From assembly GCA_051294905.1 (NCBI GenBank), contig CM119371.1, positions 33,544,001 to 33,608,000 on the forward strand: a DNA stretch of 64,000 nucleotides, read 5' to 3'. The notes below the pieces were generated by a model that saw only the letters and a list, made by a program, of their open reading frames with translations, searched no databases and was not told the DNA's origin. A program made the position numbers and the translations under genes. The stretch's first letter is position 1. Each line of letters begins with the position of its first letter. Source of the DNA: Botryllus schlosseri. Taxonomy: Eukaryota. Positions 1 through 11,694 of this stretch are shown one piece after another.

Positions 1-479
1 TATGCCATTTATTTGTTTTGGACCCGATGATACCGCAAGATTCTGAATAGAAGAACTACCTAATTCTGATATATTAATATTTCCACAACAATACTTTCTT
101 AATCTTGCATGCTGTCGCTTGATTTTACAAAATTCTAAGAGTGCTCTAAGGGTGCTGATGAAATTAATAACTGGCCAATAAATTCGACAAATTCACAACT
201 TGAGAATGTATTTCCTTTGTACCGAGAATGAGACAAATAGAATGTAGGTATTGGTCACAGATTAGGTATTCCTGATTAATGTTGCCAACTTGCCATAAAC
301 AGATGCAGTTTTGACTTAAGCTATACACTGCTACTGTGGAGGTAGTCTTAAACTGACGACTCACTTAAACACACAGAGTTGGCTTGAAACTGGGCAGGCA
401 TAAGCAATACAATCGAGAGGACTGTGTTGGTATATCGAAATTGACGTAAACGAGAATAACAGCAAGCAGTGTAACTGTG

Positions 480-1000
480 AGTTCTCCATGGCAATCTGTA
501 GTTATTGCGTTGCTGCATCGCGTCGACGTCAGTATCTTCTATTGACAATTGCCACGATCCTGAACGGCGTCTGTGTAAATTTAGGGTGCTCTGGCCCTGG
601 CACTGAGAACGACGGTAAGGGATACAAGTATTGTTGGGTCCGTATGGTTACGAGGCTGGTCTCACACAAATGACCTACTGGTGGCGTTGATGTACCGTAT
701 GTCGACAACAATGTCAGTTCCTTCCCAGCGTTTTGGGTGGATTTCTACCAAGTTCAGGACATATATGTGGTCCCGACTTTTAAGGCCGGTAGCGTCTTGA
801 AGTGTTCGCTCCACCTCTCTACGGTGACGTCATTCCATAGACAGTTGAGCTGCATTTTCTCACGATTCAAGGGGTAAATAGCGTGCGTGTGCTTCTCGTT
901 CTTGCGATGAAGGAGATGGTGTCTTCTGGAGAGCAGTTTTTGGCAGAGATACCAATTGCATCATACAAGATGCCGGGATCAGAGATGCTCCGGATATGGT
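480..1000 (-). mobile_element. Degenerate Gypsy LTR-retrotransposon pol C-terminal remnant
   Basis: Minus strand reads EHFKTLPALKVG/(frameshift)DHIYVLNLVEIHPKRWEGTDIVVDIR, matching the post-integrase motif L..LKVGDHV..QN..G.HP.RW..TG.VV of marine-invertebrate Gypsy elements. Boundaries are approximate. Confidence 0.6.
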
Positions 1001-1065
1001 TTACGTATAGCGCACAGTGCAACTTCACTAGCACAGCAATCAGGTACAGATTAGTGAGGCTAGCA

Positions 1066-2251
1066 TAGGGTTGCCATTGCCATACGTCCGGAATTTCCCG
1101 GACATGTCCGGAATTTCACTGTTAAAACTGCGTCCGGGAGGAATTTCTAAAATATGCCTAAATGTCCGGAATTTCGAATGCTTGAAGTATGCTCATATCT
1201 TTTTTTCGTAAATCAACCTAAACAAGACTATTTTTGGGCAGATTTTTGCTACATGAAATTTTTCTTCGCGCTGCGCGCGATTTAGTATCATATATATATT
1301 GGTTTTAAGATGGGGACTAGCGCCCTCGCAAAAACTGCGATCAAAAAATAAATAAAAAATAACATTCATTTACAAAAAGAAGTCTAATTGTAATCGCAAT
1401 TACAAGATAGCGGTATTCATAGAGTCGTCGTCTTAGGTCGTTTGGATGCTTTATTCAAAGATATTGGTTCTAAACCTGGGGGTAGTTTGCCTTTATTCTG
1501 GGGTTCGCGAAGATGTTGAACGTAAGTAGCTTCCAAAATTGGCTGTGAGTAAGTCTGGGCAAATGTGCCGACGTTTAATTAGTAATCAGCTCATCAAATT
1601 TTGAGCTGGGCCACGGCACATTTTCAAATTGGAAATGGATTCGCGACCATAAAAGGTTGGAAAACACCGGATGTGCGGTGTTTATATAGCTCAGTGGTGA
1701 AGTGCACACCCGCATTAGGCTGATAAATAATCTTATCGGCGTGACATGACACATGACTTAACGATGTACAATTACGCCCCTTGCATTTTCGAAGTCATCA
1801 TCCTACATCAGATCTATTCTACCGCTGACTTTGATTATGTGGACGGAGAGAGCATTAAAATTATACAGTATTATATGGAAGAGCCAATATTATTGACACA
1901 ATTCATTCAAATCATTTAACGACCAGATACATATAATAAACCCCCAGAAGTTGCATCGAATACCCTACGATGGGCCCAAGATCAGTGTTTATTTGGGTGG
2001 GATGGGGCTGCAATATGTGGCTACGGCCCAGGTTGGGATGGGGCTGCAATATGTGGCTACGGCCCAGGTTAAAACATGCAATACACAACCACATACTACT
2101 GAATCGGATCGTGACCACCTCTAGTCGATAGACAAAGCGGTGCCGGTGTGACGTCATATTGATCGACAATGCGCTCACAGCTCATTTTTAAATCCGCTAG
2201 TGGGCGCTGAAGAGCGTCCGGAATTTGTGAAACAAAAATATGGTAACCCTA
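1066..2251. mobile_element. Non-autonomous hAT (Blackjack-like) element
   Basis: Termini TAGGGTTGCCA...TGGTAACCCTA, perfect 8-bp TSD GGCTAGCA (1058-1065/2252-2259), subterminal GTCCGGAATTT repeats. Contains a 36-bp tandem duplication at ~1997-2070 and a probable nested Charlie-like MITE at ~1461-1670. Confidence 0.9.
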
Positions 2252-3754
2252 GGCTAGCATCAATGTTTGCATTGATTTGTTAAACATCTAAAAGTATCTA
2301 TAAAGAGAATAAAATGGTTATGAATTAGCCTACCCTCTGATTTTTGTTCAAGAAATTTGTGTAAATTTTGTATAGGGAAATGCAAAAGCTGCTGAAGGTG
2401 GAAAATTTTAAATTTGGCTCAACTAGCCAGATTTGCTATATATTTTTTTGAAAACTCAGCCATTTCATGGCATAGCCACTAAAATTTTATAAAACTATTT
2501 TATTTTGTCAATAAATTCAATTATTTTTGTAAAATCTGATAGCTTCACATGTTGGAATTGAGCCAAATCTAGTGTGCAACCTTTTTTCAAGCCAACCTAA
2601 CAATTTTGTTCATGAGACAGTGAAATTTGGAAAAAAAGTTGTTTTTGAACAACACTGATGTATAGAAACTTGTCCAAAATTTAGAAAAAACATTGGCAAC
2701 AGTGCCAGTACTAAATTATACGAAGTAGTGTCATGAGTAACAGCAAGACCTATGGTCTTCCATTAAAAGAATATTTACATTCCAGTTAGAATGATACCAA
2801 ACTGTAAATCGCTGTATCATCACAAAAACCAAGTCGAAAGTACGGTACTCTTGTCCTTGTCCGGCAATAGCAGTCTTCTCAGCACTATCCTAGAAAGAAT
2901 CATAATAACTTCCTTCTGATTGGCATGGTTAAACTTAAATTTGGCTGACCGAAATTCTTGATTATCTTTCGATAAATGGCACATATATCTTAATAGCTAA
3001 CCGATGCCTGCAGTTGATGCATCTATTCTTAGGCCAATTTCACTATATAAACACTTTAATAAAAATCTAATAATTGTGGGTTTATCTTAAATCATTTGCT
3101 ATTGAAGCCGACTCGATTACGCTGTCTTGGGGCACACAAAATACCGGTGTGACATTTGATACCACCAAACAAACAAGTCAACATAGATCAAATGTTAATT
3201 ATATTTATCCTTCCCACTAGCTTTATTAATTTCAGTCACTTTCCTGTCGTTTTCTGGCAATTCAGAAGTCGATGGAAAGACTACTCCGAGTTGTTTTCTC
3301 ATCCATTATACCAAATTGGCACGTTATACCCTGGCATTTTGCGCGGCTGCAAAACAACATAAACCTACCTAGTTAGTGTCTAAAAGTCCTGTAACTAGCT
3401 AATAGTCATAGAAGACAACATAAAACCCAGAACTGTACTTCAAACAACCTCACTGAGACAGAAAATACGATTTGAAAACAGACCAATATCGCAAATTAAC
3501 ACAGGGAGCGGCTATCTAAGATAGTTGTTTGGCCCCAGCGAACCACAAGTCACGTGACTTTCGAGCCCAATAACGTGTTAGTTCATTCACTAACTCATAC
3601 CGTTGCATTGCTACCATGGTGTATAAATATTGCATCATTACATTATTTCATCTTTCGGTTGCTGTTATTGCATTCATTCATGTGGATATCATGATATCCA
3701 CTTTCCTATATATTGGGATTGGCGCTATAATTAGATATTTTTAGAAGAGGACGA

Positions 3755-4150
3755 TGTGGCACGCCATGCGCCCTCTTACGGCTCATACACCCTATAATAT
3801 AAAACACGCCATTATATCACATTGTACCACGCTGTATATCACGTGACCACGCCCTTCTTCTTGTATCGCGCCATATATATAAACGCGCACATTCAGATAT
3901 CCCACATGGGACTCATACGCTACTACTGTTCATATTCATTCGACCAATACATCTATCTGAGGCAATTGTCGTCGCATGCATCGTTGAGCTGTCAGATCAA
4001 GGACTAACGCAGGGCCAGGCGTTCGCCACCGCTACAGGTTATCCGACAACGCTACGTTCTCTACACCAGAGACTCAGAGAGGTCAGCAGCTTGTTCAACG
4101 ACCATTCTTGTTGAGCTGTGTTTCTGGAATAAATAGGATAATATTTCACA
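3755..4150 (+). mobile_element. Probable LTR of a Gypsy-like element
   Basis: TGT...ACA termini, internal TATATATAAA and AATAAA. Preceded by purine tract AGAAGAGGACGA and followed by TGGTCAGACGGAGGAT, which resembles a tRNA-Leu PBS. Downstream is a possible gag start (ATG 4577) with a 51-bp repeat. Confidence 0.55.
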
Positions 4151-4638
4151 GACTGGTCAGACGGAGGATTTTCGGAAATTCATTACCAGTTGTCACGGTG
4201 GTTTCTCACAGCGTGAGTGACTCTGTCATGCTCTACTTAACTCACAACTGGAGAGAAGCGACGACCACGTTTTCGCCCTTTTCAGAGACAGACGTCGTAC
4301 AGTAAACAGGGATTTTGTGTCGCATTTCGTGTAGCATTGCATTACCGTAATATCTTCCATTTAGAGTAATTGCCAGCGTATATTTTAACGATACGTTATA
4401 GACCAGTTAGTTAATCCTACTCGCAATACAAGCTACGGAAACCCACTGGGTCTGGACTTTAACGGTCAGTTAGATATCGGTCGTTACTTGCAACAGATAC
4501 TCCAGTCCAGTTCTATCGAGAACTGATCCTACGCGACATAAGAGTTAAAATATACGAGTGCCGACCGACGTCGTCATGGATACATCACTGCCAGCAGCCA
4601 AAGCAGAGGTGCTCAGCCAGCAGCATTCCAATACATTA

Positions 4639-5589
4639 CAGTGTTGGGATCAAGTCACTACCTTCGAGTCACGAGTCATTTCGAGTCATTGCACATTTCG
4701 ACTCGAGTCAAGTCAAGTCAATCGATTTTCAAAGGTGACTCGAGTCAAGTCAAGTCACTCGATTTTTGGAGGTGACTCGAGTCAAGTCGAATCAAGTCAA
4801 GTCAAGTCACGAGTCAAGTCACATTTCAAGTCAAGTTGCCTTTTCGAATGCCTACGCCATTGCATTTTGCTAGCTGTCTGAAATACAAATATAACTGGTC
4901 ATTGATTTTGAACCGACGAACGAATATGAAGTTAAATATGCACATAAGACGGCGCTGTATCGCTTACATATACGTAGAAATGCTAAACTACGCAATTATA
5001 ATGGCATAGCCTCAGTTTATAGTTACCAGTCAATATAGAGAATAGAGAAACGAATTGATAAGATACAATACATTATTCATTTACAAGTGGATAGGATACA
5101 ATTCGAGCCTGCGCCAATGGTCGAGGACTATCTTCGAATTTAATTTCAATAAAGAGGTTTGATTCAGGTACAGAGAACAGTAATAGAGATTTTTCTCTTA
5201 AAATACTTTACTATGCTAGTTTACGACAGCGTAATTAAGCTGTAAGCTTCGATCACTTCGTAAGCGGTCAATTTATTTGTGAGAGAACAATAAAGGCTCA
5301 GTAAAACGCACGATCATTGAATGATTGGTCGCTCTCACGGGTTACACCAGCGTTTCGCGAACAATCCGATTGTAAGATACAGTGATTTTTATCGACATCG
5401 ATTGCTTGATGACTTGAAATTGACTCGTGAATTTTGCTCCGAGTCACGAGTCAATCCACATTTCTGATACGCCGAGTCAAGTCAAGTCAAGTCATTTTAA
5501 CAAAGTGACTCGAGTCAAGTCAAGTCATACGAAAAAGGTGACTCGAGTCTGACTCGAGTCAAGTCATGACTCGAGTCATCCCAACACTG
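4639..5589 (+). mobile_element. hAT MITE with GACTCGAGTCAAGTC subterminal repeats
   Basis: TIR CAGTGTTGGGAT/ATCCCAACACTG, perfect 8-bp TSD ATACATTA (4631-4638/5590-5597). Same family as 52478-53434 and 36245-36665. Confidence 0.93.
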
Positions 5590-5638
5590 ATACATTACTG
5601 CCAGCAGCCGAAACGGCGGTGCTCAGCCAGCAGCATTC

Positions 5639-8600
5639 TTTTTTGTTTGTAATATTTTATTTCGGCCAATTTCAACATATATGAAAATGCACACTGAAAT
5701 AAATACGATCGCGACTTCGGTCACCTTGCGATACATGCAAAAAATATACGCAGAACAAAACCCACCATTTGCGGTGGTGGGGAAAAAGTTTTTATTAACG
5801 AAAAATAAATGCGAGAAATCACATACTGAAAATGCGATAATAATATAACATGAGCCAGAGAAGACATGGCCAGTTCGCCCGGGGACAGGGGACACCGACA
5901 AACAAAGGCCTCCACCAAAAAACATACAACAAATAAAGAACACGTGAAGGGGGGGGTCAAGTCCTCTCGTGGTCCCGTACACTACACCAAGCCTTCCAGA
6001 CACGATGAGAGCCGCGCTGAGAAGTGACCACGGCTCGCTCGGAGACCAGTCTGGACTCGAAGACTGAAACACCCATCGCACGTCAAGTGGTCAGGTTCCC
6101 GGGGTGGTAACTCCCCAGGGACCCGACCGCGAACGTATGCATCTCCACCACCTTCTCCGTGGCAAGGCGGAGAGACTCACAGAGGTCCTTGTACTTTGCG
6201 TGTTTCAGCGCAACGGCAGCGGCCATGCTGGCTACTCCATTCTCGAAGGGGCACACCACATCGATGACCAAGACCCGGCGACGATCCGCTAAGATGAGGT
6301 CGGGTCTCAGCCTCCTGTTGGCCAATGTGGCATGCTCCTCGCAAACGCGGTCCACATCGTATCTGGAAAAAGAAGAGGAGCTTGGTATACAATCCAGGAG
6401 CACCCCAAGCACCGAATTATGCCTGTTCGTGATGCTACCCATCACTGGCAGGCAGTGGTTCAGTACGTGGGGCAGGGTCTCAGTATGCTGTCCGCCCTTT
6501 CGGCAGACCACACTTGGCTCCACACGATTTCTAAACCGACCCCGGATCGACCGGAGCGGCAGAAGATTCAGTCGAGCTTTAAGCATCCAGCTACGCTCGA
6601 CTGCCGTCAGGACGCTGGAAGACCGGAGGAAGCGATTGGAGCTCCCGTACCGGCTGTTGCACTCCACAGTTTTGCCCTGGTCGGGAAGCTCCATCCACCG
6701 TGTCTTCCAACGTTGATTCACCTTAAGGGGGAGAAATTTGGTTAGACGACCCAAATCCTGACAACAGTCGGCGCCTAGAGCCGACTGATAGAGCCCGTCT
6801 TCGGTCACGAACCAGCGAGCACCGAGACGCCTAGCAACGGGTCGGACCTCGGTCCAAAGCCCGTAGGCGTCTCCGTACGCCCTGGAATCGCGCCCTGTTA
6901 GACTCACGCAGTTTAAAAACTCGACTGTCAGGGTCTCCGACGCCTCTGGTACTCGGCAAGTCCTCCGGACGACCAGCGCCAACCTTCCACGCGCAACCGC
7001 CCGCACAGAGGGGTCAGTGGAATTGACCATTTTGACGGCCTGGGAAAGCCTCAACACGTCTGCTTCGCAGCAGAGGTTGGGGATTCCCAGACCGCCAGTC
7101 GTCAGCCCAGCATGGAAGAAGGGCTGACACGCTCTGTTATGGAGGCGGAATCCCCCTTCCCCAGCGTGCGGATACGCGCATCCAGGCGACGCAGATCGCT
7201 GCGGAAAAACTTGCGGATTCTCAACTGAAAAAGGATTCTTGGAATAACGAACCTCTTCAGTGCGAGCAGCTTCTGAAATGAGGTGAGATGTGACAGAAAA
7301 AGTCTGTCACAATAGGCCTCGAAAGTTTTAAGAGCCTTCCCACCTTTCTCGGTTGCCTGATAACCCATGTTATTGCCCAGGTATCGCCAGAAAGTGTCAC
7401 GATCGAGGACCCGGACCTCGCCACCATCAAGGCGGAACGGGGCCGAGTCCACGATCGATCGGCTTCCCTTGAACCCCAAGGCAAGAACACGACACTTGGC
7501 GGGCTTGAACTTCATACCAGACCACCGAGAAAATTCATCGCACAGGTCTAATCGTGCTTGAAGCTGGACGCGAGACGAAGCACACAGACAGGTGGCATCT
7601 GCGTAACCCTGAACTCTGACAGTGACGCTAACCGCCGCAGAAAACCGATAACCGCTGCTTTGAAGCCCAGCAACGCCACGCAGGAGAACCTCCATGACCA
7701 GGTTGAAGGTGATGGCCGATAAAGGGCATCCTTGACGGACACCCTTCCCCGCTGGAATGGGGTCAGTCGGACCAGAGCTGGTCGCGACTGAAAACACGTT
7801 AGACGCGTAAATATCGGTCATCACCTCCACCAGATACTCCGGGGCGTTAAAGTGCTTCAGGACCTCGATCACGGATCCATGCCGAACGGTACCAAATGCA
7901 TTGCGGATGTCAAGCCAGGCAAGATAAATATCCTGCCTTGACGACTTGGCATCATCAAGCAAGGACTCAAGCATGAACACGTGCTCGAAGACCCCCTCTC
8001 GCGGAGCAAACCCCTTTTGTTCCATGGAGATCACATCTCCATCGGATGCCCAGCTCTGAAGACGGTGAGCGATTACGGACGCGTAGATCTTATACAGCGT
8101 CCTGGATAGCGCGATGGGTCTCCAGTTGCCGACGTCTTGCATGTCGCCGTCGCGGTCCTTTGGAATCAGGATTACTCCATACAAGTGGAATTCGTCGGCA
8201 ACGCCTACAGACCTCGAAAAGCTCAGAGAGGATTTCTCCCTTGGGGTCCAAGCGTTTCCAAAATCCATAGGTGAGACCATCGGAGCCCGGCGAACTACTT
8301 GTGTTTAAGGTCGCCAGCACTCCTGCTACATCTGATGGAGTAATCGACTCGTCGTCAACAGCAGAATCCAGGTTGCCCTGGTAACTGTGCTGAGACATCC
8401 AGCGAGGAAAAGCAGCAATATTATCAGTGGCGGCAGCACGAAATTTCCGCTCGATTACGTCGGCAGGAATTTCGCACCGTTTACTGCCAGAATCATCCTC
8501 GATTATCTGTCTGACCGTTTCCTTCTGATTACGCCAGAAAGCGGACCGAAGATGTTGTGCTGCCCCAGGTCGGCACTCGCGCTGGCCATTCAACTGATTG

Positions 8601-10988
8601 ACCTTAGCACGTCGCTGTGCTTCGCGCGAGTATCTATTCCTAGGGCGTTTACGGCCGGGAGGGCGGCTGCAATCAGAGGCACGGTCAGTCCAGAGCTCCA
8701 GCTTACGTTCAAGGTGCCCGAAAGCCTCGGTGTTGTGAGGACATTCTGACACCAATTCCGCATGCTCCGAGCGCAACTCGCGCAGATCGACTTGTGCACG
8801 AGGTGCGCTAGGTTCGGGAGAAGGCACGTCGACATCTATTTCGTCATGTGCATTTACCGAAGGAGGCAATCTCGTCGGGCTTTCACAGCGAACCGCAGCT
8901 CCGGTGACTTCGGAGCGGCCGACCGCTGATTCAGCCGTCACAGAGCGAGTCTCGTCCGCAGGTGGGCGCGAGGGAGACCCGCTCTGACCGACGGGAGGCG
9001 AGTCAAAGCTGTTCGGACTCGATCCCGCCGACGATATCTGTTTCAGATCATTGCGTGTGGTGGGGAAGGGACTTCCCCGGTCCAACCCGGCAAGGAGCTC
9101 TAGAGTAGAGCTCGGGCTGCCGGGCAAAGGTGCTTTAAAAAATTCCGAAAGCGAAGGAATCGGGCTCGGTGAAGAAACAGGGGCCAAACGGCTCTTCACT
9201 AACGTTTGGGGTGGGGAGGGAGTAAAATCCCTGGGGGGGGGAAACCACAATTTTTGGGGGTGTGGTACGTCGGCCTAGGGACTGTCTACTATCCCCGGCA
9301 GTCCGAAGTCAGGCACGAGCGGCAGGTAAAGCCCCAGTGACTGGCCTACGGACCGGAAATCGGCTAATAAGAATTGGGAAAGGGGTTCGGGGCGCAGAAG
9401 AATTTGGTGACGTCACGACTGTTGGCGAGTCGCGCGGCCCAGAGGATGTAGTAGAAGACATGGAGCTATCACTACGAGAGGAGGGATAGAATCTCATGGA
9501 CTTTATTTCAGTTTTGGAATTTTTACAAGAATTGACAGAGCGTCGAGATTTATTCGAAATCCGTGACCAAGGCCGAGATGATACAGTTACCAAGGAGGTG
9601 GTATCCGACGAGAGTGATAGATTGGTCACGGATAAGGCAGGGTCCGGTATAGTACCGGGAAACGAAGTACGAGAGCTTTCCGCTGCGTCAACGGCAAAGG
9701 CGACTACAGAACGCGAAGAAATAGGGGAGATCGATTCGACTCGCGAAACAGTCGTGGACGTGGCTGGGGATAAGTTACCGGACGCGAACACAGCTCCCCG
9801 TAGGCGGCAGGTGGACCAATGGTTCTTGGCAGAGATCATATCCGGCTGCGCAAGAATTGTCCATTGGTCACATCTGCCGCACACGACATCATAATTTACA
9901 AGGTTTTTTGTGATGTCGTGCTTGCTCAAAATGTGCTTCTGAAGCGAAGCCAACAATTTGTACGGGGAGCCCTGTTTATCGCAACCGGTAACTGGGCAAG
10001 GATACCAAGTATCCTTGCCGTTATATTTAATAGGGATTGTCAAACGAATTTCGGAGGGGATACCAGTTTGCTTAAAGCCGAGTTCAAGGGGATAGCAAAC
10101 TCGGGGGAACAGGACTTAAAATGCTCTTTCGCACTCGAAACTAGGTTCAAGCACTTTCCACAAGGCGGACAGGCACACCAACTCTGTTGTCGCGTGCCCT
10201 TGCACCGCTTAAAGTGACAGGTCATACTATGTTCCGAATCAGAAAAAAATACACGACATTTCATACACTGCATATGAAACCTGTCACGGCGGTGTGACGA
10301 AGCCAAATGATCCGTTAATTTAACAGATACTGAGAACGACAAACCACAATTTCGTTTCGGACACGCGACAACAACACTCGTTCCTGGACCGTGGTAAGGG
10401 ACAACAAGAGGACTAGAGTTTCCACCAGCCATCGAGAAAATATGCGGATACTAGGCCTAAAGGTGACCGAGTCGCGACCTATTACGAATAATATAAATAT
10501 AACTGAGATCAAACCACGAATACAATTGAACGTAATGAAATTAGAATCGATACAATAACAGGAAGCAAAGACTAAGGGGCCTGCACCAGCGTTCGCTATT
10601 AGAGGGGATAGAAAAGGCGACAATATAAACGGATAGTAACGCACAATTAAAGGGACAATACAAAGGTTAACGAAGGGTTCAGAAAGAAATAGCGAACGCG
10701 TTAGGATACAGGCCAGACGTAATTGTATACCCACGCCAGACTTAATTACCCCCGCGTCAGCAGTGCTACTGCTACGCCCTACACGTATGTTAACGCGAAC
10801 GGTAAAAACGAAATTTACCTTACGAATGCGCGTTAACACCCGGGTTTTCCTCGCCTTTGCAGATCGACGGCTCTCTATTGATATAGATGTTAATTCCCAA
10901 CGATTCGCCGTCGATCTTACGCCGTCCTTTCGAAGCGGTCTTGATGTTCTTGAAATTCCGCTTCTTATGGTGTTGTTTCGGACGGCGT
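5639..10988 (-). mobile_element. RLE-type non-LTR retrotransposon, NeSL/Utopia-like, near full length, disrupted
   Basis: GC-rich block with a structured 5' UTR, one ancestral ORF broken into pieces, and a 3' UTR with AATAAA and a short A tail at 5639-5644. No TSD detected. Confidence 0.92.
5957..10432 (-). pseudogene. Retrotransposon polyprotein: zinc fingers - RT - CCHC knuckle - restriction-like endonuclease, with several frameshifts
   Basis: N-terminal C2H2/C2HC fingers (CPKRNC..H...H; CPVTGC..H...H). RT motifs SPGSDG, NWRPIAL, QKGF, WLDIRNAFG, GVRQGCPLS, YADA (for YADD), YLG. Knuckle CRKGG..ETLPHVLNHC. RLE motifs RHN, RPDL, IDV..PFE, K..KY, VGSLG, and final frame GSHRVW ending at TGA 5957-5959. 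Confidence 0.92.
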
Positions 10989-11160
10989 GAACGCTCTCTT
11001 ATCTTAGATCTCATTTCATACTGGTGAAGTCATATTTCGAGATACGATTGTAGATATACAATGTTCTTTCCAATTGCATACTAGTTGCTGACGATTACCC
11101 CTGACGAGTGTCAGCCGAAAATATTCGGGTTCATTTCAATATGAATAAACTATTCAAAAT
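10988..11160 (+). mobile_element. Solo Penelope-like pseudo-LTR fragment
   Basis: Homologous to 54997-55160, starting at the TGAACGCTCTCT that follows the PLE ORF; ~70 nt around the ribozyme are identical. Confidence 0.88.
11087..11130 (+). ncRNA. Minimal type I hammerhead ribozyme (PLE-associated)
   Basis: Stem I ACCC/GGGT, core CTGACGA (11101-07) and GAAA (11117-20), palindromic AATATT stem III, UC cleavage site. Upstream GCTGAC is complementary to loop II GTCAGC. Confidence 0.82.
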
Positions 11161-11569
11161 AAGTTCAATCTCGAAATCTTACATCCAGATGCTCGCGACT
11201 TGAAAAGACTTTCGTCCTTTGAAGATCACGCACTTTTGATCTCGGCCATGCGTGATGGGGGCGTCATAATGGTCCTTTGCCGCAAATTTATAATATATGC
11301 TGACAATGTTTGCAACATGTTCCATGAATGCAGTGTATAATAATTCCTGTAAAATTAATTGCGCGTACTTTTAGATCGCCCATTACCGCTTAAAATACTC
11401 CCGTCACGCTAGCTCGGGATATTTTCCACAAAATGTTTCGAACTAGGCATTTTATTTTTCAGCGTACAGCGAGTCGAAATCTCGTAAACAACTTTTGAGA
11501 ATTAGAGCTCTTTGTACAAGATGCTTGAAATCTTTTGGGTCAAAATGATTAAAAAACATATACGTGTAT

Positions 11570-11694
11570 CAGAAATACATGAAAAAGGTTCACAGTGCAG
11601 AACCTACTAAGGTTCGTTTGGGAAGGTGAACCTCTAAATATCTGAGGTTCACACACAGAACGCGAAGGTGAACCTCACGTTCATACCATCCCTA
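11570..11694 (+). mobile_element. 3' end fragment of the TAGGGATGGTGTGAA hAT MITE family
   Basis: Matches 30110-30225 and ends ...TTCATACCATCCCTA. Confidence 0.75.

Noticed and set aside
4558..4881. 107-aa SSQVKS-repeat ORF, and the similar ORF at 36235
   Set aside because: Reads into MITE GAGTCAAGTC repeats; not a real protein beyond the possible gag start.
6104..10217. Plus-strand ORFs overlapping the retrotransposon
   Set aside because: Antisense shadows of a GC-rich coding region with no motifs.
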